Below are positions 1-8,579 of a stretch of DNA of 32,000 bases, piece after piece. This stretch comes from Cuniculiplasma divulgatum (lineage in GTDB: Archaea > Thermoplasmatota > Thermoplasmata > Thermoplasmatales > Thermoplasmataceae). The notes under the pieces are model-generated. The model worked only from the letters and a program-made list of their open reading frames with translations, ran no database searches and was not told the DNA's origin. Location: positions 1,440,001 to 1,472,000 of the forward strand of contig NZ_LT671858.1 of the NCBI RefSeq assembly GCF_900083515.1, read 5' to 3'. Position 1 is the first letter of the stretch. Each line of letters opens with the position of its first letter. Made by a program: the position numbers and the translations under genes.

Positions 1-445
1 CAGGTGCGATAAAGCTTTTTCCAGGATCGAATATATCCATGTTGCAGAATATACCTCCAGGCTTCAGTGTTCTGTAGGATTCGTCCAGATAATTCTGCAG
101 GGTTGGAATATTTCTTGTAAGAAAACATGAAACACACCTATCAAACTTTTCATCCTCAAATGGTAATTTCTCTGCTGATGCAACAGTGAAATTTACATTT
201 CTTTTTGGACCTGGAAACATTTCCTTTGTTAGGTCTACTGCATCTATCATAAGATCAGGTATTCTGCTCAGCATCTCCTCCGTGACCTTCCCCGATCCTG
301 CACCGATATCCTCCACATGCATTCCAGGCCTGATGTCCAGAAGATCTATCACGAATTTTCTCCATCGCCTGTCCATACCAAAACTCATCAAAGAGTCGAT
401 AAAATCATATTTCGTACTGATCGATTTGAATATCTCCCTGACCAT
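1..445 (-). CDS. UbiE/MenG (COQ5)-family class I SAM-dependent methyltransferase, partial (C-terminus lies beyond the window start)
   Basis: Not in the ORF track because it is open at the window edge. Hand translation of the reverse strand from ATG 445..443 gives MVREIFKSISTKYDFIDSLMSFGMDRRWRKFVIDLLDIRPGMHVEDIGAGSGKVTEEM...AEKLPFEDEKFD...LKPGGIF. This carries the YD..(N/D)..S.G....WR N-terminal signature of UbiE/MenG and SAM motif I (VEDIGAGSG). It starts 20 nt downstream of the DUF424 stop. Confidence 0.8.
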   Translation of the reverse strand, partial: MVREIFKSISTKYDFIDSLMSFGMDRRWRKFVIDLLDIRPGMHVEDIGAGSGKVTEEMLSRIPDLMIDAVDLTKEMFPGPKRNVNFTVASAEKLPFEDEKFDRCVSCFLTRNIPTLQNYLDESYRTLKPGGIFCNMDIFDPGKSFIAP

Positions 446-464
446 GACCTCCTTTTCCAGATCA

Positions 465-770
465 TCACCTTATCATTTTAGCGAACTGTGCATGTGGTAC
501 TCCTGAAATTGTGATTATGTTTCCCCTTTCAACAATCCTGCATTTTATTGCAAGTTCCACCGTGTTTTTACCCACAAAGTTTCCTATTGTGCACATGTTC
601 ATGCTTTCGGCCAGAAATTTTTCTGTTACCTTTGTAGAACCGTAGAATGATTCCTTCACGTCAATGTGAAGAATGCCTTCCCTTAGCTCCTTTCCTATGA
701 GATCCTCATCCGCTGCACTTAAAAGTATTTCATCCCTTATCTGTGTTAGTTTCGCCCTGTAAGCCTTCAA
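465..770 (-). CDS. DUF424 (COG2412)-like small archaeal protein
   Basis: 101 aa. The pattern LLSAADEDLIGKEL..G....V.ESFYG...V...........N.VG..V..A......E..I..I.GVPHAQ matches my recollection of the DUF424 family. The start codon is TTG, 4 nt after the MCM stop, which suggests coupled translation. Confidence 0.5.
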   Translation of the reverse strand: MKAYRAKLTQIRDEILLSAADEDLIGKELREGILHIDVKESFYGSTKVTEKFLAESMNMCTIGNFVGKNTVELAIKCRIVERGNIITISGVPHAQFAKMIR

Positions 771-774
771 TTTA

Positions 775-2931
775 TCACACCCTGTCTATATATCCAGGTC
801 CTGGGCTGTAGAGATAGCCTGTTTCTCTTGCCCTCTCCAGTGATTTTGCAAACTTTTCCCTTGGGATACCTCTTTCCATTGCTGATCTCAGAATATCCTG
901 TTCCTTTACAAGGCTTCCATCAGAACCCTTCAAATCAGCTATTATCTCATAAATTATTTCAAGATCTGATCTCTGCCTTGCACTGGTACCAGTCATCAGA
1001 AGATCTATGTCTACTCCTTCATCATCGCTTGCCACATCCTTGAGGTATGAATCCACTATTCTCTTCGCAAGCATAGCATCGTCGATTGAAACAAATTCGG
1101 ATAATCTTGCCTTTGCTGCCGCCTCAGCGAGCCTTATGGTTGACTCCAGCTGTCTTGCAGTTATAGGAACGGACTTGTATTTACCTATCTGGTGACCTGT
1201 GTTTCTTGTAAGAACATACTCCTGACTCAGATATTCCATTGCCTCGTCTGTAAGTCTTGGGATTATATGTCCCTTTGCGTAAGCGACATATTTTCTCAGC
1301 ATCTCCCTTGGAATTGGTGGTTCATATTTTCTTTCGTTATCACCAATGCTACCGTCCTCAACATTATTCATTTCCATACTCTTGAAAATTTCTCCAAGTC
1401 TGTGAACCTCCAGAACGTGATCTGCAAGGTTCTTGTCCCTTTCCTGATCAGGATTGTCTATAAGCTTGAAGATAACATCGAACCTTGAAATGAGTGGGAG
1501 TGGGAAATCTAACTGCTTCATGAAATCCTCCTCAGCATCAAATCTTCCATTTTTTGGATTTGCTGCTGCCAGAACAGAACACCTTGATTTAAGTGTTGCC
1601 ATGATTCCTGCTTTTGAGATAGTTACAGTTTGCTGTTCCATTGCTTCATGCATGGCGGAAGTATCTCTTTCATCCATCTTATCAAGTTCATCTATGGACA
1701 CGAATCCGTTATCAGCCAGAACAAGTGCTCCTGCCTCCAGTGTCCATCTACCTTCGCCAAATTCATCCCTCACTGCGGCGGCAGTCAGTCCGGCTGCACT
1801 GGAACCCTTTCCAATTGCCATAACACCTCTTGGTGATATTTCAGACATATACCTTAAAAGCTGTGATTTTGCAGTTCCTGGATCACCGACCATCAGTATG
1901 TGTATATCACCTCTTATTATTGTGCCGTCCTTCATGAATTTCCTGACCCCCCCAAACATCTGCAGAACTAGAGTTTTCTTAATATTATCAAGACCATAGA
2001 TTGTTGGTGCTATGGAGTCCGCGAGCTTGTCTATGATTTTAGGATCCCTTGAGAGCTCCCTTATGCTCTCTTCCTCCGCATCACTGATTTTAATTTCCTC
2101 CAGTTCTTTTGTGGTTTTTCTAAAGTTTATTGCGTAAAGAAATATATTGAACTCAGTCAGAAGGTTACCTGAATAGATTTTTTGCTCTGCTCTTAATATC
2201 CCATCCATTGTAACTCTATCCCCAGGGAATAGTTTACCTGAAAGATCATCTTCAACTATAACGGTAAGTCTCAGTGGTTGAGCACCTCCATTTATTGTTT
2301 CTGGATTTTCCTGAAGTTCTATCTTTTCCGTATCAATGAACTGGGAATCTTCGATTATTAATGAAAACCTCGCCTTTGGTTTCTCTCCGTGGCATTCCTC
2401 ATTGGAGCACCTTTCAGGTTCCTCAAGCTTTCCCCTGTTTTGCAGTACAAAAGTTCTTGATCCACACAGAGAACATTGAAATGCTGCGTTGTAAAGTCTT
2501 GGAATAACTTCTGTATTTTTTCTTATAATTCCAGTGATACTCAGAAGCTTTCCAACATTCATGCTTCGTATGTTCCTAATATCTATCCCAAGGTGCTCAG
2601 GCAGATTATACAATCTTATGTTTATGATTATAGAATTTGAATCCTTAATGAGATAGTTCCAGCCTGAATTGGAGATGAATTTCCTGACCCTTGATATGGC
2701 TATCTCAATTGCCTCCTCAGAATTCTGTAGAACATAGGTTGCGAAATCGACATCGAATTCATCTATATCCTCGTAGGATATGAAAAGACTGCGCTGTTCG
2801 GGATAATGGGAGCTCAACTCTGTTATTTTGTCATAATAATGGTATTCCTGAAAAAATGCGTCCCAAAGGCCTTCCTTCTGATCCCTATCTAGCCTTATTT
2901 TTTCCGTTGACTGGACATGATCGCTGAACAT
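775..2931 (-). CDS. mcm: MCM replicative helicase
   Basis: 718 aa. N-terminal Zn motif CSLCGS...CSNEEC, Walker A GDPGTAKS, Walker B IDELDKM, arginine-finger SRFD(VIF) and a C-terminal winged-helix-like tail. The motifs are contiguous, so there is no intein. Confidence 0.95.
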   Translation of the reverse strand: MFSDHVQSTEKIRLDRDQKEGLWDAFFQEYHYYDKITELSSHYPEQRSLFISYEDIDEFDVDFATYVLQNSEEAIEIAISRVRKFISNSGWNYLIKDSNSIIINIRLYNLPEHLGIDIRNIRSMNVGKLLSITGIIRKNTEVIPRLYNAAFQCSLCGSRTFVLQNRGKLEEPERCSNEECHGEKPKARFSLIIEDSQFIDTEKIELQENPETINGGAQPLRLTVIVEDDLSGKLFPGDRVTMDGILRAEQKIYSGNLLTEFNIFLYAINFRKTTKELEEIKISDAEEESIRELSRDPKIIDKLADSIAPTIYGLDNIKKTLVLQMFGGVRKFMKDGTIIRGDIHILMVGDPGTAKSQLLRYMSEISPRGVMAIGKGSSAAGLTAAAVRDEFGEGRWTLEAGALVLADNGFVSIDELDKMDERDTSAMHEAMEQQTVTISKAGIMATLKSRCSVLAAANPKNGRFDAEEDFMKQLDFPLPLISRFDVIFKLIDNPDQERDKNLADHVLEVHRLGEIFKSMEMNNVEDGSIGDNERKYEPPIPREMLRKYVAYAKGHIIPRLTDEAMEYLSQEYVLTRNTGHQIGKYKSVPITARQLESTIRLAEAAAKARLSEFVSIDDAMLAKRIVDSYLKDVASDDEGVDIDLLMTGTSARQRSDLEIIYEIIADLKGSDGSLVKEQDILRSAMERGIPREKFAKSLERARETGYLYSPGPGYIDRV

Positions 2932-3052
2932 TATTTACCATATGTCAGTATGTATTAATGAATTTTGTTTTGATTTTTCGTATAAACAAAGTCAGACATA
3001 AATATGATATATTTTAGTTCCCGATTTGATTAAAATAGTTACGGAGCACCGT

Positions 3053-3340
3053 TCAGGAAATTTCTCTGAGTTTCTTTTCTGCTGAGTTTTCACTGTCAAG
3101 CCTGTGATCTATTTTTATTATTGTTTCAACCCTTTTAATACCCATTGAGATTATTTTTTCCTCACCTTTCTCTATGGCACTAAAGAGTTCATCCAGAGTA
3201 TTTCCTTCTATGACAGTTGACATGCTACCTGGAATGACGTTCAAGCCAGTTTCCTTAAGCGCATTTACTGCTGCTTTGACGTATTTAGCTGCCGATGTTC
3301 CATCCCCAACGGGGTAGTAAGTTACTTCCAGTAGGATCAT
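3053..3340 (-). CDS. MTH1187/YkoF-family (UPF0045, DUF77) thiamine-binding-like protein
   Basis: 95 aa. The family-typical pattern is V.YYPVGDGTSAAKYVKAAVNALKETGL......MSTVIEG..LDELF..IEK........G.KRV.T.IKIDHR.D. Confidence 0.7.
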   Translation of the reverse strand: MILLEVTYYPVGDGTSAAKYVKAAVNALKETGLNVIPGSMSTVIEGNTLDELFSAIEKGEEKIISMGIKRVETIIKIDHRLDSENSAEKKLREIS

Positions 3341-3379
3341 GAGACAAAATAACTGATTAAGACTTAAGGTTTATCAATC

Positions 3380-4336
3380 TTATGTGTAATCCTCTCTTCT
3401 AACGACATTATGGGGTTTTCCGGTCTTCATCCATAATTCTACGTTCTTGAGTGCACTCATAAACGCATTGATGTCAATATCCGGAACTATTCCTGAGTTA
3501 TGAGGTGAACCAATGACATTAGGCAGGTCTAGAAATGGATATTTCATTTCGTATTCTCCTGTTGTTATTGGCTCCTGCCACCATACGTCAATACCAGCCT
3601 TAAATTCTGGATTTTCCCTGAGGTGATTATATAGGTCTTGTTCGTTTATTATGGCAGCTCTTGCGACGTTTACAAGAATAGCGTCTTTTTTCATTTTTTT
3701 GAGTTTATCACTGGTTATAAGATTTTTCGTGTATCTGTTCAGTGGAAGGCTTATGAATACAAAGTCTGAGCTTTGAAGCACCCTGTCAAGCGAATCCAGA
3801 TTGCCCGAAAAAGAGACATTTTCACTTACAAGTTTTCTTGAGATTACCTGTAGTTCCATTCCAATTCCTCTACATAGTCTTCCAATCTCTCTTCCTATTC
3901 CACCATAACCCAGTACTCCAGCCATTTTTCCCTCCAGTTTAATGCTCGGTGATCTCTGATTAAACACTCCATTCTTCATTTTCATGTGATTTGATAAAAG
4001 ATTTTTTGATAGCGCCATAGCCATGGAAACTGCATGTTCTGCAACGGGCAATGCAAAGGCACCAGCATTGCTACATACTGTGATATTATCTGGAATCTGA
4101 TTGAAATCAAGCAGATCTACACCTGCTGAAAGGGTTTGAATGAGTTTGAGTTTTGGTAGTTTTGAAATATATGAATTCATCGTCCTTAGTTTTGGGATAA
4201 AGGAAAGAAGAGCTTCAACATCACTCCAGTCATTCCCGTCTTCTTCAAAGATTGCCTGCATCCCTATTGATTCTGCCATTTTTCTTGCAACTTCCTTCAT
4301 GTCATCGGGAACCTTTGCCAGTATCAGTAATTTCAT
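3380..4336 (-). CDS. D-isomer-specific 2-hydroxyacid dehydrogenase family (glyoxylate/hydroxypyruvate reductase or PGDH-like)
   Basis: 318 aa. NAD-binding GxGxxG (GVLGYGGIGREIG). Catalytic Arg/Glu/His context is present: NVARAAII, DVWWQEP, GSPHNSG. Confidence 0.85.
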   Translation of the reverse strand: MKLLILAKVPDDMKEVARKMAESIGMQAIFEEDGNDWSDVEALLSFIPKLRTMNSYISKLPKLKLIQTLSAGVDLLDFNQIPDNITVCSNAGAFALPVAEHAVSMAMALSKNLLSNHMKMKNGVFNQRSPSIKLEGKMAGVLGYGGIGREIGRLCRGIGMELQVISRKLVSENVSFSGNLDSLDRVLQSSDFVFISLPLNRYTKNLITSDKLKKMKKDAILVNVARAAIINEQDLYNHLRENPEFKAGIDVWWQEPITTGEYEMKYPFLDLPNVIGSPHNSGIVPDIDINAFMSALKNVELWMKTGKPHNVVRREDYT

Positions 4337-4741
4337 ATATTGACATGAATGTATTGATTATTTAATTTACTGAGATTGGTCGGTATTCTGTAAATTTAAA
4401 AATTTCAAAGCTTATAAGATTGATATGAGGTTATGGGTGTTTTTAGCGTAATCTGTGTTTATTATTCATGTTTTTGAAATTGTATTCTACTTATTGCCAG
4501 AATATCAAGGGAAAGAGTGATTCTTAGAATGGTTAAAACTTGAGAATATTCTTTTTTGCCGGTCTCTTGTTAGATATAGACTCCACTTGGAAATCTTTCG
4601 CTCTCACACTATGGGCTTTTTAATGTATATACAGTGTACCATCTTATTTTTCCTGAAGGAAGACTGCTAATCTAAATATAACACCAAGTGATATGGTATA
4701 AAAAGACAGAAAAATATCTGTATTAAAAGAAGAGTGCACAA

Positions 4742-6013
4742 ATGAATACGTTTGAAGAGTTAGAATTGAAAAAACCTTTGCTTGAATCATTAAAGAAGAT
4801 AAATTTTATTGAACCAACTGAAATTCAGGCAATGACAATACCGGTTGCCCTGAATGATAAATCCATCATGGTAAAATCCAAAACTGGAAGTGGAAAAACA
4901 GCAGCTTATCTGATACCTTTGATACAGCTCACTGAACCAAAGGGAAAACTGATGAATCTAGTACTGGTTCCAACAAGGGAACTTGCCATCCAGGTCTTTG
5001 GAGTGTTTAAATCTCTGGGATCAGGATGTAAATTAAAAGGAGCATTAGTTTATGGAGGAGCATCAATATCAAGACAGGCGGAAGAAATAAGGAACAGGCC
5101 AGAATTTATAATTGGTACTCCTGGAAGAATCAAAGATATGAGAGATAGAGGATACCTGAACCTCTCTAGCATTGAAAGAGTAGTACTAGATGAGGCTGAT
5201 CTAATGCTGGATATGGGGTTCTATGATGATGTTGAGGATATAATAAGCTCAACGAAGAAAGACAGAAGAATGTTCCTATTTTCCGCAACGATGACTGGAG
5301 ACGTAAAGGGTCTAGCATCAAAGTTCATGAAGGAATCAGAATACATAAATGGAGAAGACGAGGATATGACTCCCTCTACAATTAAGCATGATTACATTAT
5401 TTCTGAAAGTCACGATAAACTTGATTTTCTTGTGAGATATATTCAGGATTACAACCCGGAAAAGGCAATAATCTTCTCCAACACAAAACATGGGGCATCA
5501 TTCCTCAGCGACAAGCTCAGAAGGGAAGGTTTCAAGGCAGTTCAGATTCACGGAGACCTATCACAGAAACAGAGAGAAGATTCCATTTCAAAGTTTAGGA
5601 GGAGGGAAAGATTTCTTGTAGCAACCGATGTTGCAGCAAGGGGAGTTGACATTCCTGAGATTACACACATCATAAATTATGATCTACCAAGAGAAGATAA
5701 AACATATATACACAGAGTTGGAAGGACTGCAAGATTTGGCAAAGACGGTACCGCGATGAGTATAATACTGCCAGATGAAATGTACCTAATAAACAGAATA
5801 AAGAGAACAGCAGGCGTCGAAATATCAAAACTCCCCATGGAGGGACAGGCAGAAGAGGCAAAGCCAAGACGTGACCAGAGAAGAAGGCCATCCTACGGGT
5901 ACGGCAGTCAGGGGAATAGAAATAGTGGTAGAAGATATGACTCGGGAAATAACAAACGCCAGAGTACGAGAAGGAGAGAGAGCACATCAAGAAGAAGACC
6001 CAGAAGAGACTGA
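4742..6013 (+). CDS. DEAD-box ATP-dependent RNA helicase with an Arg-rich C-terminal tail
   Basis: 423 aa. Q motif PTEIQ, motif I SKTGSGKT, Ia PTRELA, II DEAD, III SAT and VI HRVGRTARFG. The last ~55 aa are a low-complexity R/S/G/N-rich basic tail. Confidence 0.95.
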   Translation: MNTFEELELKKPLLESLKKINFIEPTEIQAMTIPVALNDKSIMVKSKTGSGKTAAYLIPLIQLTEPKGKLMNLVLVPTRELAIQVFGVFKSLGSGCKLKGALVYGGASISRQAEEIRNRPEFIIGTPGRIKDMRDRGYLNLSSIERVVLDEADLMLDMGFYDDVEDIISSTKKDRRMFLFSATMTGDVKGLASKFMKESEYINGEDEDMTPSTIKHDYIISESHDKLDFLVRYIQDYNPEKAIIFSNTKHGASFLSDKLRREGFKAVQIHGDLSQKQREDSISKFRRRERFLVATDVAARGVDIPEITHIINYDLPREDKTYIHRVGRTARFGKDGTAMSIILPDEMYLINRIKRTAGVEISKLPMEGQAEEAKPRRDQRRRPSYGYGSQGNRNSGRRYDSGNNKRQSTRRRESTSRRRPRRD

Positions 6014-6258
6014 GCTTACAATAAATGAAATTATTACCTTAATCTGAGATTTATAAGAAATTTTAAAGAGTTTTCTTAAAAGTCTCGATTTTGGTGTATC
6101 AGTTTTCCATGATACACACCCATGTAAAATTATCACGATCCTTTAAATCAAATCTTATTTTCAAAGACGATTATATCTGTTTAAAACAACCGACATAAAT
6201 TATACAAAAAAAGTTGCGAGCTATAGTAATAGTTCCCGTCCTTCCTTGACTGAATCAG

Positions 6259-7635
6259 ATGGCATATAACAATAGCAATATTTTATCTAATCTCAGGCAA
6301 TTTACATTTATGGATAAAATCGTTTCAGAAATATGGAATATGGCCCAGGGAAAGTCAGCTCCTTCAGGACCTTCAGAAATGGATGAGTTGAAAAAGCGGG
6401 TTGCAGATATTGCCTTCACTTCGTATGGTGCACTTAAGGCCGAGCCTGTGAAAATAATGAAGAAAAGTCTCCTTCCATCATCCGGAAAGAAGAATGCAAC
6501 AATCTTCTTCACGAGAGATAGGGCCTCAGTAGAGATTGCCACAATGATCAACGGTACAACCACAAGATACCTGGATTTTAATGACACATACCTTTCAAAA
6601 GAAGCCCTGCATCCCTCTGATAATATTCCACCATTGATTGCCATGGCCGAAAGTGAGGAACTGGATGGAAAGAAGGTGCTTGATGCTGCAAGAGTTTCAT
6701 ATGAGACTGTGTGTGCATTATCTGATGCAGTTTCAATTAGGGATAGGGGTTGGGATCACGTAACATATATAAGTATTTCATCTGGAGCAGGGCTTGCACA
6801 CCTTCTGGATCTCAGTGAGGAAGGATTTGCCCATACTATTAATCTAGCTCTGAACAACAACATAAGCATGAGGCAGACAAGGGCAGGAGAACTGAGCATG
6901 TGGAAAGGAGCAACTGCAGCAAATGCCTGCAGGAACAGTGTTTTTGCAGCCAATCTTGCCCAGGAAGGTTTTACGGGACCAGCACCAATATTTGAGGGCG
7001 AAATGGGTTTTATCAAACAGGTTTCAGGAAATTTGAATATGGATTTTTCCAAAAGCAGGATACTTAAGACCATGATAAAGAATTATCCCGTTGAATACCA
7101 CGCCATGAGCGCCGCTGAAGTTGCATCTAATTTGAGAAAAAAGATGAAAGGAAAGATAAGGAAGGTTGAAGTTGAAACATTTACAGTTGCGCATACAATT
7201 ATAATTAAGGACCCGGAAAAATTAAGACCAAAAACAAGGGAAACTGCAGATCACAGTATGCCATATATAATAGCATTGACACTTGTAAAGGGAGACCCAA
7301 CCCCTCAGTCTTACGAAAATGATCTGCTGATGGATAAAGAAATCCTATCTGTTATTGACAAAATGAAGTTCAAGATCACGGATAGGTTCGACAAAATGTA
7401 CCCTGAATTCCTGCCTGTGAAAATAAAAGTGGAGACTGATGAGGGTGTTTTCGAAGAAGAGATGGATGCACCAAAGGGTCATAATAAGAAGCCCTACACA
7501 TGGGATGACTTGAAGAAAAAAGGGACAAGAGTGATGAGCGAAGACAGTTCATCTTCTATAATTGAGTTTGCAAGAAGTTTTGAAAATAGAAGCATGAAGG
7601 AATTCATGGAGGTCTTGAGAAATGTCAAGGCTTAG
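6259..7635 (+). CDS. prpD: MmgE/PrpD-family dehydratase (2-methylcitrate dehydratase-like)
   Basis: 458 aa, typical length and two-domain layout for the family. The C-terminal ETADHSMPYI motif is characteristic of PrpD proteins. The true start may be the internal ATG at 6310 (MDKIVSEI...). Confidence 0.75.
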   Translation: MAYNNSNILSNLRQFTFMDKIVSEIWNMAQGKSAPSGPSEMDELKKRVADIAFTSYGALKAEPVKIMKKSLLPSSGKKNATIFFTRDRASVEIATMINGTTTRYLDFNDTYLSKEALHPSDNIPPLIAMAESEELDGKKVLDAARVSYETVCALSDAVSIRDRGWDHVTYISISSGAGLAHLLDLSEEGFAHTINLALNNNISMRQTRAGELSMWKGATAANACRNSVFAANLAQEGFTGPAPIFEGEMGFIKQVSGNLNMDFSKSRILKTMIKNYPVEYHAMSAAEVASNLRKKMKGKIRKVEVETFTVAHTIIIKDPEKLRPKTRETADHSMPYIIALTLVKGDPTPQSYENDLLMDKEILSVIDKMKFKITDRFDKMYPEFLPVKIKVETDEGVFEEEMDAPKGHNKKPYTWDDLKKKGTRVMSEDSSSSIIEFARSFENRSMKEFMEVLRNVKA

Positions 7636-8515
7636 AGACAATATTAATGGTTCTTCAAAGAATTTTAGAAAAATGCTTGGAAATAGTTTCATTACTATCC
7701 CAGGCGTATACAGTGGGATTTCAGCACTGATTGCGGAGAGAGTGGGCTTCAGATCTATATATCTGTCGGGTTCAGGTATAGCAGGCATGATGGGTCTGCC
7801 AGATCTCTCAATAACGACTCTGGATGAGGTTGTAAGGGAAGCTGGGAATATTACATCCATAAGCAGATTGCCACTTATTGTTGATTGTGATACAGGATTT
7901 GGCGAACCACTCAATGTTATGAGAACTGTAAGGCTAATGGAAAGGGCTGGCGTTGCAGCAATTCACATTGAAGATCAGGAACTCCCAAAGAAATGCGGCC
8001 ATCTCAATGGAAAGAAAATTGTTCCTGCTGAAGATTTTATTGCAAAGATCAGGGCAGCGAAAGAGGCATCAAAAGACCCAAATTTTTCTCTGATTGCAAG
8101 GACAGATGCAAGATCAGTGGGAGGACTTGATGATGCCATAGAAAGATCAAGGGAATATTTGAAGGCAGGTGCGGATATTATATTCACCGAGGCTCTGGAG
8201 AATCCAGAGGAATTCAGGGAAATGAGAAAGAAGGTAAACGGATATTTAATGGCAAACATGACAGAATTTGGAAAAAGTCCACTTCTCTCAGTTGATGAAT
8301 TAAAAGAGATAGGATATGACATGGTAATTTTTCCCCTAACAGCATTCAGGAGTATCCTAAAGAATACGGAACAAATTTATAGTGATCTTCATAAGCAGGG
8401 AACACAGAGGAATTTTATAGATAAGCTTATGACCAGATCGCAGTATTACGAACTGATAGGTTATTCAGAATACGAGGATGAGGATTATCTTCTCGCATCA
8501 AGGAAGAATAAGTAG
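7622..8515 (+). CDS. prpB: Isocitrate lyase/PEP mutase superfamily enzyme (methylisocitrate lyase PrpB-like, or carboxyvinyl-carboxyphosphonate phosphorylmutase-like)
   Basis: 297 aa. Motifs IPGVY...SALIAE..GF..IYLSGSG, CDTGFG, IHIEDQ..PKKCGHLNGKK, ARTDA and GADIIFTEA. Overlaps the prpD-like stop by 14 nt. Confidence 0.8.
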   Translation: MSRLRDNINGSSKNFRKMLGNSFITIPGVYSGISALIAERVGFRSIYLSGSGIAGMMGLPDLSITTLDEVVREAGNITSISRLPLIVDCDTGFGEPLNVMRTVRLMERAGVAAIHIEDQELPKKCGHLNGKKIVPAEDFIAKIRAAKEASKDPNFSLIARTDARSVGGLDDAIERSREYLKAGADIIFTEALENPEEFREMRKKVNGYLMANMTEFGKSPLLSVDELKEIGYDMVIFPLTAFRSILKNTEQIYSDLHKQGTQRNFIDKLMTRSQYYELIGYSEYEDEDYLLASRKNK

Positions 8516-8579
8516 ATGTAATTAACAGGGGTAATAATTAATTAACAAAAATTTTTGAAACATATATACCTTCTACCTC

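Noticed and set aside
775-2931. An intein or insertion in MCM or in the RNAP large subunits.
   Set aside because: The Walker A/B and arginine-finger motifs of MCM, and the catalytic motifs of A', A'' and B, are contiguous. No Cys/Ser...HN-Cys/Ser/Thr splice-junction blocks or homing-endonuclease motifs are present.
2932-3052. A possible replication origin next to mcm.
   Set aside because: No ORB-like repeated elements or long inverted repeats are visible in the 121-nt spacer. Archaeal origins usually neighbour orc1/cdc6, which is absent here.
6094-6117. An 8-bp inverted repeat, GTGTATCA-N8-TGATACAC, ~80 nt downstream of the DEAD-box helicase stop and ~140 nt upstream of prpD.
   Set aside because: It is a single short hairpin without a following T-tract. 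It could be an operator or a weak terminator, but alone it is not distinguishable from chance. I noted it only.
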